NCBI GenBank assembly: GCA_902578445.1
Contig: CACHDC010000002.1
Coordinates: 3,157-67,156 of the forward strand
Direction: 5' to 3'
Source: an uncultured Synechococcaceae cyanobacterium
GTDB lineage: Bacteria > Cyanobacteriota > Cyanobacteriia > PCC-6307 > Cyanobiaceae
DNA length: 64,000 nucleotides
Numbering within the stretch: the first letter of the stretch is position 1; each line of letters starts with the position of its first letter. Position numbers and translations under genes: made by a program. The notes beneath the pieces were generated by a model. The model was not told the origin of the DNA. It saw only the letters and a list, made by a program, of their open reading frames with translations, and made no database searches. Of the stretch, positions 21,723-33,424 are shown in pieces.

Positions 21723-24134
21723 TTATTTTATCCACGCAATACTGCAACCAGGGCCACCCTCGTTGTTGGCTGCATCTTCAATCTTATCAACATAATTTAA
21801 ACCTGATAACCAATTTCTTAGTCCTTTCTTTAATTTCCCTGTGCCAATTCCATGAACAATCCATAACGGTCCATGAAATTTTCTAATTTTCTCCTCAATA
21901 ATTATTTCGGCTTCATGAACTCTTAACCCTCTTACGTCAATTGTATTTTTACTCGTTCTAATTTTAGAAAAAGAAAAATCTTCTCTTGTAGAATTGATCT
22001 CAATTTTTGACCTTTTGAAATTAGGCTTTTCTCCATTAATACCTTCAAATTCATTTGCAGATAAGGTGCTTCTAAATGAACCACATTTAATTTCATAAAA
22101 ACCACCTTTTTTATCTAAATCTACAATTTGTCCCGTACTATTTAGACTTTTAATCTTTACAAAATCGCCTACCTGGGGGTTCCATGATATTGACTTTTCA
22201 GATTTTTTTTGGGTTAAATGTTCCGTCTCAATTTCCTTTAATCTTTTTCCAATAATTCTCGTATCCTCTCCATTCACATTTTTATCTCTTAATTTTTTAA
22301 TCAAATCTATCACCTCTTTTTTAGCGGATATAATATGTTTTGATAATTTAGACCTTTCAATTTCCTGGATTTTTTGAGCATTTATTTTTTGATATTCATA
22401 ATTTCTCTTCAGTTCATCATGTAATATTTCAGTCCTTGCAATCAATTCTGCAGCAGCTTCTGCAGAATTTTGTTGTTTAATCCTCTCTTCCTCAAGTCCT
22501 TTAATAATACTGTTAATATTGTCAACTTCTTTTGGCTTTAAATAATTTGCAGCTTCATTGAGTATGCTTTCATCGAGACCAATTCTCTTTGAAATTGACA
22601 AAGCATTACTTCTCCCAGGAATACCCCAGTTGAGTATATATTTTGGCTTCAAAGATTCCTCATCAAAGGCAACTGATACGTTTTCAAATCTTGAGTCGTT
22701 ATATTTTAAAGCCTTAATATCTCCATAATGTGTAGTTGCCAAAGTGATATCGGATTTATTTGCAAATTCTTTTAATAAAGCCATCGCAAGAGCACTTCCT
22801 TCAACAGGATCTGTGCCAGATCCAATCTCATCTAACAAAACAACTGATAATCCTTTCTTATAATCAAGTGAATCTAATATCTCTTTTATACGGGATATAT
22901 GCCCACTGAAGGTAGATAAATTTTCTTCTAATGATTGATTATCTCCTATATCCACATATATGTTTGGACAAAAAGGGATAATAGGATTATTAGTTGAAGG
23001 TATCAATAATCCTGCTCTAGCCATAAGTAAAGACAAGCCCAAACCTTTTAAAGCTGCTGTTTTACCTCCAGTATTTGGACCTGTAATAGCTACAACCTTA
23101 ATATTTCTATTTATATAAAAATCGATAGCTACTGGTGGAGGGGCTCCTTTTTTCTTATGTTCCCAAATCAATAATGGATGAGAAAAACCAATTAAAGAAA
23201 TAATAGGATTTTTCTCAAATGTAGGAGTTTTACCTCCAATCCATTGCGAATATCTTGAACGAGTTAGGGCATTTTCTAATCTTAATAAAATGGATGCCAT
23301 TTCAATAAGATTTTTTGAATTATCACTAACAACCTGAGACCATTTCTTAAGTAATTTAAATTCTTCTGCTGTGATCCTAGCCTCTAAAGAAGCAATCTTA
23401 TTACCTTTAGTTACTACACTTTCAGGCTCAAAATATACTGTATTCCCTGAAGATGAAGAGTCATGAATTATTCCTTTAAATTTCTCTACATAATTAACTT
23501 TCACTGCTAAAACAGGCCTTCCATATCGATCTCCAATAGTAGTATCTTGCAAATAAGCTAAATTCTTTTGAATAAATTTCTCAACTAATATTTTTCTTTC
23601 AAGTTTCTTAGATAAAAATTCTTTTCTAAGAATAGATAGTTCATTACTAGCATTGTCTGAAATCCTTCCATTCGATTCAATACCTTTTTTAAAGATAGTT
23701 TCAATATTTTGATGGTCAATTAAATTTTTTGTGAATGATGAAATATAAGGCCTTTGTTCAAAATCTAACAAGATTTTTTTTAAATTTCTTGCTGAAGCAA
23801 TTGTTTTCGCTATTTCTAAGAATTCATAAGATGAAATTACACCTCCCTTCGAACAAATTTCAATATTTCTACTAATATCAAAAACACCAGAAAAACTAAT
23901 TGATTTATCTAAATTTTTTTCTAGCTCGTTAATTTCGACAGTTTCATTCAAAAGTCTTTTAGAAGCATCGTAATCTGAAGGTATAACAAAACTTAAAATT
24001 GATCGTTTACCCATTTCCGTTGAGGCGAATGAAGATAAATGCGTTTTTAATAAATCCCACTCTAAAAGGTTTATAGCTTCTTCTTTTAAGGTGTTATCTG
24101 AATATGATTTTTTAGAATAACTTTTCTCTTGCAT
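21723..24134 (-). CDS. mutS2: Endonuclease MutS2
   Basis: GPNTGGKT, LSTFSGH, LLDEIGSGTDP and C-terminal Smr domain (IDVRG, HGIGTG). ATG at 24134 preferred. Confidence 0.95.
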   Translation of the reverse strand: MQEKSYSKKSYSDNTLKEEAINLLEWDLLKTHLSSFASTEMGKRSILSFVIPSDYDASKRLLNETVEINELEKNLDKSISFSGVFDISRNIEICSKGGVISSYEFLEIAKTIASARNLKKILLDFEQRPYISSFTKNLIDHQNIETIFKKGIESNGRISDNASNELSILRKEFLSKKLERKILVEKFIQKNLAYLQDTTIGDRYGRPVLAVKVNYVEKFKGIIHDSSSSGNTVYFEPESVVTKGNKIASLEARITAEEFKLLKKWSQVVSDNSKNLIEMASILLRLENALTRSRYSQWIGGKTPTFEKNPIISLIGFSHPLLIWEHKKKGAPPPVAIDFYINRNIKVVAITGPNTGGKTAALKGLGLSLLMARAGLLIPSTNNPIIPFCPNIYVDIGDNQSLEENLSTFSGHISRIKEILDSLDYKKGLSVVLLDEIGSGTDPVEGSALAMALLKEFANKSDITLATTHYGDIKALKYNDSRFENVSVAFDEESLKPKYILNWGIPGRSNALSISKRIGLDESILNEAANYLKPKEVDNINSIIKGLEEERIKQQNSAEAAAELIARTEILHDELKRNYEYQKINAQKIQEIERSKLSKHIISAKKEVIDLIKKLRDKNVNGEDTRIIGKRLKEIETEHLTQKKSEKSISWNPQVGDFVKIKSLNSTGQIVDLDKKGGFYEIKCGSFRSTLSANEFEGINGEKPNFKRSKIEINSTREDFSFSKIRTSKNTIDVRGLRVHEAEIIIEEKIRKFHGPLWIVHGIGTGKLKKGLRNWLSGLNYVDKIEDAANNEGGPGCSIAWIK

Positions 24135-24148
24135 ACAAAAAAAAAGAA

Positions 24149-24535
24149 TCAAACATTCGATTGAATCCCTTCAGGAGGAACATAAAGCATCTCAAGCCAG
24201 TTTCCTTCAGTATCCTTCATATAAAAAGATGCTGTTCCATCTCTATGCTCATGTAAAGGACCAACTTGTACACCAGAATTTCTTAAATCATTTTGAATAT
24301 TTTCCACTTCTTTTTTATTTTCAAAATGGAAAGCAAAGTGAGGTCCCGCAGCTTTGTAGCTGGGGCCTAACAACGCAAGTCCATCTTTCCCTTTACCTGC
24401 CTCTAAATAAGACCAATCTTTATCATCCCAAACCAAATTCATACCCAGCTTAATATAAAAAGATTTCGCCCTTTCGAGATTCTCTACTCTAAGTGCAATG
24501 TGACCAATCCTATTTACTCCTTGTGAAAACTTCAA
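24149..24535 (-). CDS. VOC/glyoxalase family protein
   Basis: IGHIALRV, HFAF and FYMKDTEGNWLE motifs. Confidence 0.88.
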   Translation of the reverse strand: MKFSQGVNRIGHIALRVENLERAKSFYIKLGMNLVWDDKDWSYLEAGKGKDGLALLGPSYKAAGPHFAFHFENKKEVENIQNDLRNSGVQVGPLHEHRDGTASFYMKDTEGNWLEMLYVPPEGIQSNV

Positions 24536-24597
24536 AACAAAGCAATTAATTTATTACTTATCTAAGAATAAACCAAATTTTTGTTAATAATGAGTTT

Positions 24598-25599
24598 TTA
24601 AGTATCCTGCAACCATTGTGATGCATCACAAGCATGATAAGTGAGTATTAATTTTGCTCCTGCTCTTTTAAAACTAAGCAATGTCTCTAAAACAATATCT
24701 TTTTCGTTAATCCAGTTCTTCATAGCAGCAGACTTTACCATGGAATACTCCCCACTAACGTTGTATGCAGCTATGGGCTTATTTGAAAATGCGCTTAGTC
24801 TATAAACAATATCCAAATATGAAATTCCTGGTTTTACCATCAAAATATCAGCTCCTTCATACTGATCCAATGCAGATTCAATTAAAGCCTCTTTTGAATT
24901 GGCAGGGTCCATTTGATATGTAGACTTATTATCTGGAATTACTTTCTTACTATTTTCTCTAGGAGCCGAATCTAAAGCAGTTCTAAACGGACCATAATAA
25001 GCAGATGAATATTTAGCTGTATAACTAATAATACCTACATCACTATATCCTTCACTATCAAGAGCAGTCCTAATTGCACCAACTCTCCCATCCATCATGT
25101 CACTAGGGCCAATAAAATCTGCTCCAGCTCTAGCTTGAGTTAAAGCTTGTTTTTTTAAAATTTCAATCGTTTCATCATTCAATATTTTTCCAGTTTCATC
25201 AACTAAGCCATCATGTCCATCACACGAGTAAGGGTCCAAGGCAACATCTGTCATTATTGCCATTTCTGGAATCTCTTTTTTTAACATTCTAATAGCTTTA
25301 GGTATTAAACCGTCCTCATTAAAACATTCTGCTCCATCTTCAGTCTTTAAGCTATCGTTAATTTTTGGGAAAAGAACCACACATCTAATTCCCAATTCCC
25401 ATGCCCTAGTAACCTCTTTTAATAAGCCATTAAAATCCCATCTGTAAGTTCCGGGCATCGCGGAAATTTCCTCTTTAAAATCTTTTTCATGAATAAATAA
25501 TGGATAGATAAAGTCCGATGCCGCCAAATGGTTTTCTCTAACCATTTCTCTAATTGCCTCAGTTCTTCTTAATCTTCTTGGACGAATAATCGAATTCAT
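24598..25599 (-). CDS. hemB: Porphobilinogen synthase (ALAD)
   Basis: RPRRLR, SDMMDGR, YQMDPAN, MVKPG and AYNVSGEY motifs. Confidence 0.97.
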   Translation of the reverse strand: MNSIIRPRRLRRTEAIREMVRENHLAASDFIYPLFIHEKDFKEEISAMPGTYRWDFNGLLKEVTRAWELGIRCVVLFPKINDSLKTEDGAECFNEDGLIPKAIRMLKKEIPEMAIMTDVALDPYSCDGHDGLVDETGKILNDETIEILKKQALTQARAGADFIGPSDMMDGRVGAIRTALDSEGYSDVGIISYTAKYSSAYYGPFRTALDSAPRENSKKVIPDNKSTYQMDPANSKEALIESALDQYEGADILMVKPGISYLDIVYRLSAFSNKPIAAYNVSGEYSMVKSAAMKNWINEKDIVLETLLSFKRAGAKLILTYHACDASQWLQDT

Positions 25600-25821
25600 T
25601 TGAATATTATTAAATTGAAAAATATTTATCTAATACATTAATCGCTTGCCTCGCACATAAATCAATCAGAGACTACTTTTGTTCAGGAAAAGTAACTAAA
25701 ATTTATTTTAAAAAAGCAAAAAAAGTTACAAAAATATTTTGCACAAACTTCATTTTTCACAAATTTACGTCATAAAGAGATAATATCTTTTAGTTAAGTA
25801 TTTATTTTAAGGAGAGTATCT

Positions 25822-27477
25822 TTGAAAATAATTAATGGATTTCATTTAAAGAATGTAAGAGGAGATATTCTAGGAGGGATCACAGCCGCAGTGGTGGCTT
25901 TACCTCTCGCTCTTGCTTTTGGTAATGCTGCGTTAGGACCTGGCGGAGCAATTTATGGACTATATGGGGCAGTAGTAGTTGGTTTTTTAGCCGCATTGTT
26001 CGGTGGGACACCTGCTCAGGTTAGCGGACCTACCGGTCCCATGAGTGTAACTGTTGCTGGCGTAGTAGCAGGCTTAGCAGCAGTGGGGGTTCCAAGAGAT
26101 CTCTCTGCAGGACAAATTTTACCTTTAGTGATGGCAGCGGTAGTCATTGGAGGCTTACTGCAAATATTATTTGGGATTCTAAAACTAGGAAAATACATTA
26201 CTTTAGTTCCATATTCTGTTGTGTCAGGATTTATGTCTGGTATTGGAGTCATAATCATTGCACTTCAGATTGGACCATTACTAGGTATTAGCACTCGTGG
26301 TGGGGTAGTCGAATCTTTATCTACTGTATTTTCAAATTTCCAGCCAAATGGTGCTGCTATTGGAGTAGCAATAATGACTCTAGGTATAGTATTTCTAACT
26401 CCTAGAAAAATAAGTCAATGGGTTCCTTCTCCTCTATTGGCCTTATTGATAGTAACTCCTATATCAATTTTAATTTTTGGAGACGGAGCTATTGATAGAA
26501 TTGGAGAAATTCCGAGGGGAGTTCCATCTTTAAATTTCCCAAGTTTTAATCAATATTTCCCAATTATTTTCAAGGCAGGATTAGTCCTAGCAGTACTTGG
26601 AGCTATTGACTCCTTACTGACATCTCTAGTAGCAGACAATATCTCTCAAACAAAACATAATTCTGATAGAGAACTTATTGGTCAGGGAATAGGAAATGCT
26701 GTAGCAGGTCTGTTTTCAGGTTTACCTGGAGCAGGAGCAACCATGAGAACAGTTATAAATGTTAAATCTGGAGGATCAACTCCTATATCTGGTATGGTTC
26801 ACTCAGTTGTATTGTTGATAGTTTTAGTTGGTGCTGGACCTTTAGCTGAGCAAATACCAACTGCATTGCTAGCAGGAATTCTTATAAAAGTAGGTCTAGA
26901 TATTATTGATTGGGGATTCTTGAGGAGGGCTCACAAATTATCTTTAAAAACATCAGTAGTAATGTACGGCGTACTTTTAATGACAGTTTTTTGGGATTTA
27001 ATTTGGGCAGTTTTAGTCGGTGTATTCATAGCAAATATGCTCACTATTGATTCAATAACCGAAACTCAACTAGAAGGTATGGATGAGGATAATCCTTTAT
27101 CAAAAGATGATCAAGCAAAAAATGCATTGCCTGCTGATGAAAAAGCACTTCTGGATAGATGTTCAGGAGAAGTAATGTTGTTTAGACTAAAAGGACCACT
27201 TAGTTTTGGAGCAGCTAAAGGAATATCTGAAAGAATGATGCTTGTAAGAAACTACAAGGTTTTGATATTAGATATCACTGATGTACCAAGACTTGGAGTC
27301 ACGGCGACTCTCGCAATAGAGGATATGATGCAAGAAGCAAAAAATAATTCCAGGAAAGCATTTGTTGCTGGTGCAAATGAAAAAGTGAAGGATAGATTGG
27401 CTAAGTTTGGAGTTGAAGGCATTATTGAAACAAGAAAAGAAGCTTTAGAAACTGCTCTAAATGAAATAGCTTCGTAA
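25822..27477 (+). CDS. bicA: SulP family bicarbonate transporter (BicA-like) with STAS domain
   Basis: GDILGGITAAVVALPLALAFG, SGPTGPM and GATMRT motifs plus a STAS domain; AAGGAG Shine-Dalgarno before TTG; clustered with sbtAB. Confidence 0.85.
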   Translation: MKIINGFHLKNVRGDILGGITAAVVALPLALAFGNAALGPGGAIYGLYGAVVVGFLAALFGGTPAQVSGPTGPMSVTVAGVVAGLAAVGVPRDLSAGQILPLVMAAVVIGGLLQILFGILKLGKYITLVPYSVVSGFMSGIGVIIIALQIGPLLGISTRGGVVESLSTVFSNFQPNGAAIGVAIMTLGIVFLTPRKISQWVPSPLLALLIVTPISILIFGDGAIDRIGEIPRGVPSLNFPSFNQYFPIIFKAGLVLAVLGAIDSLLTSLVADNISQTKHNSDRELIGQGIGNAVAGLFSGLPGAGATMRTVINVKSGGSTPISGMVHSVVLLIVLVGAGPLAEQIPTALLAGILIKVGLDIIDWGFLRRAHKLSLKTSVVMYGVLLMTVFWDLIWAVLVGVFIANMLTIDSITETQLEGMDEDNPLSKDDQAKNALPADEKALLDRCSGEVMLFRLKGPLSFGAAKGISERMMLVRNYKVLILDITDVPRLGVTATLAIEDMMQEAKNNSRKAFVAGANEKVKDRLAKFGVEGIIETRKEALETALNEIAS

Positions 27478-27480
27478 TTT

Positions 27481-28479
27481 ATGGAAATAAATCCAATTCT
27501 GCAAAATGTATTAGCCCCGCCAGTTCTTTTCTTTTTGATTGGAGCAACATCAGTACTCTTTAAATCTGATTTAGAAATACCAGCTCCATTACCTAAACTC
27601 TTCTCCTTATATTTGTTATTAGCTATAGGATTTAAAGGAGGTATAGAGATACAGAAAAGTGGGTTTACAAATCAAGTATTGCCTACTTTAAGCGCTGCAA
27701 TACTGATGTCACTGGTAATCCCTCTGATTGGATTTTTAATTTTAAGATTTAAGTTTGATGTCTTTAATTCAGCCGCAATAGCAGCAGCATACGGTTCAAT
27801 TAGTGCTGTTACATTTATTTCCGCAGAAAGTTTTTTAGAAAGTCAAAAAATAGCTTTTGATGGATTTATGGTTGGCGCCTTAGCTTTAATGGAATCTCCT
27901 GCAATCATTGTTGGATTATTACTTGTGAAATTTGCAGCTCCAAAAAATAGACCAAAATCAAGAAAAATGCATCTAAGCGCAATATTACACGAATCACTTT
28001 TGAATGGATCAGTTTATTTATTGCTTTCAAGCTTAATTGTAGGATTTCTGACTGCTTCCAGTAATCCCTCAGGAATTGCAAAAATGGAGCCTTTTACTGG
28101 ACAATTATTCTATGGAGCAGAATGCTTCTTCTTATTAGATATGGGAATAGTCGCTGCTCAAAGATTACCAAGATTGAAGAATGCGGGTTCGTTTTTGATT
28201 GGGTTTGCTATTTTCATGCCTCTATTTAATGCATTTATTGGTGTTTTCGTTGCAAGATTTTTATCTTTAGGACCTGGCAACGCACTTTTATTTGTGGTTT
28301 TATGTGCAAGCGCCTCTTATTTAGCAGTTCCTGCAGCGATGAGGATGACGGTTCCAGAGGCTAAATCTAGTTATTATATTTCAACTACACTAGGTCTAAC
28401 TTTCCCATTCAATATAGTTCTTGGCATTCCCATATATATGAGTTTAGTAAATACCATTATCCCACTTTCCCCTCTATAA
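27481..28479 (+). CDS. sbtA: Sodium-dependent bicarbonate transporter SbtA family
   Basis: SDLEIP, AIGFKGG, YGSISAVTF, FLLDMG, SASYLAVPAA and LTFPFN motifs. Confidence 0.92.
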   Translation: MEINPILQNVLAPPVLFFLIGATSVLFKSDLEIPAPLPKLFSLYLLLAIGFKGGIEIQKSGFTNQVLPTLSAAILMSLVIPLIGFLILRFKFDVFNSAAIAAAYGSISAVTFISAESFLESQKIAFDGFMVGALALMESPAIIVGLLLVKFAAPKNRPKSRKMHLSAILHESLLNGSVYLLLSSLIVGFLTASSNPSGIAKMEPFTGQLFYGAECFFLLDMGIVAAQRLPRLKNAGSFLIGFAIFMPLFNAFIGVFVARFLSLGPGNALLFVVLCASASYLAVPAAMRMTVPEAKSSYYISTTLGLTFPFNIVLGIPIYMSLVNTIIPLSPL

Positions 28480-28482
28480 AAA

Positions 28483-28764
28483 ATGAAAAGATTAGACTTG
28501 ATATTTAGTGAAAGAGAACTAGATGCAATCATTAAAACATTAGAAAAAGCTAATGTTCCTGGATATACCGTTATGAAACACGCCACAGGCAGAGGTCCTG
28601 AAAGAGTTGTTACTGAAGATATGGAATTTACAGGATTAGGAGCAAATGCTCATGTAATTGTTTTTTGTGAGCAAGAATTAATAGATAAAATGAGAGATAA
28701 CATCAGGGACGATTTAAGCTACTACGGAGGAGTAGCTTATATTTCTGAAGCAACACCTCTTTAA
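28483..28764 (+). CDS. sbtB: PII-like regulator SbtB
   Basis: 93-aa PII-like protein (GYTV...TGRG) directly after sbtA. Confidence 0.85.
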   Translation: MKRLDLIFSERELDAIIKTLEKANVPGYTVMKHATGRGPERVVTEDMEFTGLGANAHVIVFCEQELIDKMRDNIRDDLSYYGGVAYISEATPL

Positions 28765-28782
28765 ATTTAAGCAGAAATATTT

Positions 28783-29739
28783 TTAAGAATGAATCCAATC
28801 TACTCTTATATTTTTTCTACTATTTAAATATCTATCAATTGACATCGCGGCGATACATCCATCAGAAGCCGCAACTACTGCTTGCTTAAATGGGGTATTT
28901 CTTATATCTCCAATAGCCCATACTCCATCAGAGTTTGTAGACATGAAGTCATCCACAATTACTCCTCCGTCTTCTTTTAAAGCAATTTGATCACCTAAAA
29001 AATCAGTAATCGGCTTTGAACCACTCATATAGACAAAGACTCCATCTAAATTTAAATTGATAGGATTTTCTTCTTGCTTATTTTTTACAACAACCCCATT
29101 AACACCCATTTCATCACCCAATATTTCCAATAATCTTGTTCTACTCCAATGTTTTATATTTGAATTATCCATCAATTCCATAGCTTCCTCATTATCTGAT
29201 TTTGGGTCACTTGATGTAATCCAATGCACAGTTGATGCAAATTTAGTTAGGACAGTTGCCTCTTCAATTGCCTCCTTGTTCACTCCAACAACGGCAACTT
29301 CTCTATTTTTATAAAAAGCCCCATCACATGTAGCACAATAACTTACTCCTTTACCAAGAAAATCCGCTTCGCCCTTAAATGATGCAGGCCTACCCATTGC
29401 ACCACTTGCAAGTACAAGTGCTTTGGCTTTGAAAGTGCCTTCGGGTGTATAAACCATTTTCCATTCTCCACTAGCGTCTATTCCAAACACTTGTGCTCTT
29501 CTATAGTCTGTACCATATTGCACAGCCTGTTCTCTCATTAGAGTAAGTAATTTCTCCCCACTTATATCAACCGGAACACCTGGATAATTAGCTATTTGAT
29601 GGGTTATTGCTAAGGCTCCAACAGATGGATTTTTATCTAAAATAACTGTCTTTAAGTTTGAACGAGATGTATAAAGTGCGCAAGTACATCCGGCCGGGCC
29701 TCCTCCGATAATAACTACATCTGACTCAATAATTTCCAA
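28783..29739 (-). CDS. trxB: Flavin thioredoxin reductase, NADPH-independent FFTR/DTR-like
   Basis: GGGPAG, CATC and GD...QAVVAA motifs; NADPH motifs degenerate; C-terminal RVDW tail; AAGGAG Shine-Dalgarno before TTG. Confidence 0.88.
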   Translation of the reverse strand: MEIIESDVVIIGGGPAGCTCALYTSRSNLKTVILDKNPSVGALAITHQIANYPGVPVDISGEKLLTLMREQAVQYGTDYRRAQVFGIDASGEWKMVYTPEGTFKAKALVLASGAMGRPASFKGEADFLGKGVSYCATCDGAFYKNREVAVVGVNKEAIEEATVLTKFASTVHWITSSDPKSDNEEAMELMDNSNIKHWSRTRLLEILGDEMGVNGVVVKNKQEENPINLNLDGVFVYMSGSKPITDFLGDQIALKEDGGVIVDDFMSTNSDGVWAIGDIRNTPFKQAVVAASDGCIAAMSIDRYLNSRKNIRVDWIHS

Positions 29740-29993
29740 TTTAATAAAACTCCTTTTTAGTAGTTAATTAGATGAGCTCTTGGTTAGAAGAAATCTTTAA
29801 TGTAAATACCTAACCATGTTTATAAATATAAGTTAAAAGAAAAAAGAGAAAAAAGCATAATATAGAAACAAACTTACATAGGAAAAGCATAAAAAATTAA
29901 TTATCAAAATGATCAGTTACGTGAAATGTTCTGTATTGATCTATTATTAGTTCATATCGAAAAAAAAATTACCGTAGAAACAATATATTTTTT

Positions 29994-30311
29994 ATGACCA
30001 ACTCTGACTACCTTTTAAAAGCTGCCATCAAGAAAGTAACCGAAAAATTAAACGAGATATTAATTGAAAAAATTGAAGAAGCAACAAATATTGCTCAGGA
30101 TGCTCCAGAAATTCTCAAAAAAGAATTTGATAGTTTAAAAGAATCCATAATCGAAGAAGCCTCAAGAATGAAAAAAGGGGTAAATATTCAAGAAAATGAG
30201 TCCTCAAATACTTATCAAGATTCCAAAATAAAAAAAGCTTTAAATGAAATTGAAGGTATCAATAAGCAAATTGATCTGTTTAATAAAACTTTAAATAATC
30301 AAATTAAATGA
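29994..30311 (+). CDS. Hypothetical coiled-coil protein
   Basis: 105-aa ORF overlapping the start of the ABC1 kinase gene; AQDAPEILKKEF segment. Confidence 0.75.
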   Translation: MTNSDYLLKAAIKKVTEKLNEILIEKIEEATNIAQDAPEILKKEFDSLKESIIEEASRMKKGVNIQENESSNTYQDSKIKKALNEIEGINKQIDLFNKTLNNQIK

Positions 30312-31975
30312 GTTATCACATTTTTCATTATCGTTTAAAAAAATTGAAGAGGGCCTTTCTTATTTGGATAACTCTGATTTCGCTTTTAATAAATTTATGG
30401 ATAGATAATATTAGATTTACAATTTTCCAAACTAAGAATAATGAAAAAAGTAGGGTTCAAATTAAAAGAGCTAGGTGGTTTACTAATCAATTAATAAAGC
30501 TTGGATCAGCATTTATTAAAATTGGACAATTATTATCAGCGAGACCTGATTTAATTCCTAATACCTGGATACAGGAATTGTCTAAATTGCAGGATCAAGT
30601 TCCTAATTTTTCATTTACGCAAGTTGAAGAGACTATTAGAAATGAACTAGGGTCTAAGTTTAATGAAATAGATCAAATAATATGTGATCCGGTTGGATCA
30701 GCATCACTAGCTCAGGTTCATAGGGCGACTCTAAAAGATGGTAAGAAAGTAGTTTTTAAAGTTCAAAGACCTAATTTAAAAGAATTGTTTATTATCGATT
30801 TGGGCATAATGCAGCAAATAGCAGGATTATTGCAGAAAAATAAGAATTGGAGTAGAGGTAGAAACTGGGTTGAGATTGCTAAAGAGTGTAAGAAAGTTCT
30901 GATGAAAGAACTTGATTTTAATTGCGAAGCGCAATATGCAGCAAGATTTAGGCAGCAATTTCTTGATGATGAAAATGTTGAAGTTCCTGAAGTAATTTGG
31001 GATATGAGCAGTGAAAAAGTGCTTTGTTTAAGTTATGTAGAAGGGACAAAAATAAGCGATTTAGAAAAATTAAAATTACAAGAAATTGATTTACCTAAAA
31101 TTGCAGAGATAGGTGCAATCAGCTACTTAAAACAACTAGTAAATTATGGTTTTTTTCATGCAGATCCTCATCCAGGGAATTTAGCAGTTTCAAGTGAAGG
31201 TAAATTAATTTTTTATGATTTTGGAATGATGGGGAACATCTCAAATAATCTTCAAACAAGATTAGGGGGGATGGTTAAGGCTGCTGCTCTTAGAGACGCC
31301 TCATCACTAGTTAGTCAATTACAACAAGCTGGGCTAATTTCAAAAGATATTGATGTAGGGCCAGTCAGAAGATTAGTCAGATTGATGCTTAAAGAAGCCT
31401 TAACTCCTCCATTTAGTCCTAATATTATTGAAAAATTATCTGGAGATTTATACGAACTGGTTTATGAAACGCCATTTCAACTGCCAGTAGATTTAATCTT
31501 TGTGATGAGAGCTTTATCAACTTTTGAAGGAGTTGGTAGAATGCTTGATCCAGGGTTTAACCTTGTATCAGTTACCAAGCCTTATTTAATAGAACTTATG
31601 ACTTCAAATAATCAAAGTCCCAACGATTTAATTAACCAATTTGGAAGGCAAGTTGGCGAACTAGGATCGAAAGCTGTTGGAATTCCCAAAAGAATAGATG
31701 AAAGTTTAGAAAGATTAGAACAGGGAGATTTACAATTGCAAATAAGAATGGGCGAGTCTGATAGGCAATTCAAAAAAATGTTTACGGCTCAAAAAACTTT
31801 AGGCCATTCAATTCTCATAGGAAGCTTATCAATTGCATCCGCTTTACTTGTATCCAATAAACAAAATAATTCTGCATTGTTGCCACTCTTTTTTGCACTA
31901 CCAATAAGTATTGATTGGATAAAGTGCCAATTAAGTATGAGAAAAGGCTCACGTTTAGAAAAACTTAAGCGCTAA
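30308..31975 (+). CDS. AarF/ABC1/UbiB family kinase
   Basis: FIKIGQLLS, ASLAQVH, KVQRP, FHADPHPGN and DFGM motifs. Confidence 0.93.
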   Translation: MSYHIFHYRLKKLKRAFLIWITLISLLINLWIDNIRFTIFQTKNNEKSRVQIKRARWFTNQLIKLGSAFIKIGQLLSARPDLIPNTWIQELSKLQDQVPNFSFTQVEETIRNELGSKFNEIDQIICDPVGSASLAQVHRATLKDGKKVVFKVQRPNLKELFIIDLGIMQQIAGLLQKNKNWSRGRNWVEIAKECKKVLMKELDFNCEAQYAARFRQQFLDDENVEVPEVIWDMSSEKVLCLSYVEGTKISDLEKLKLQEIDLPKIAEIGAISYLKQLVNYGFFHADPHPGNLAVSSEGKLIFYDFGMMGNISNNLQTRLGGMVKAAALRDASSLVSQLQQAGLISKDIDVGPVRRLVRLMLKEALTPPFSPNIIEKLSGDLYELVYETPFQLPVDLIFVMRALSTFEGVGRMLDPGFNLVSVTKPYLIELMTSNNQSPNDLINQFGRQVGELGSKAVGIPKRIDESLERLEQGDLQLQIRMGESDRQFKKMFTAQKTLGHSILIGSLSIASALLVSNKQNNSALLPLFFALPISIDWIKCQLSMRKGSRLEKLKR

Positions 31976-31980
31976 AAAAA

Positions 31981-33276
<1,296 letters not shown>

Positions 33277-33424
33277 TTAATTATTACTATTTAAATCCTA
33301 TTAATAGCTGAACTATTTGGCTAATATCTGAAATATATTTGTTAACCAACTATAATTTTTAATTTTGTAAGAGCTTAGATATTATTTAAACTTTTTTTTC
33401 ATTCTAAAGTCCCCGCAAATCCTT

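Noticed and set aside
29772-29816. 13-aa ORF (MSSWLEEIFNVNT) with a TGGTTAG/CTAACCA inverted repeat upstream of the reductase gene
   Set aside because: Too short, no ribosome-binding site and a 22-nt loop; indistinguishable from chance.
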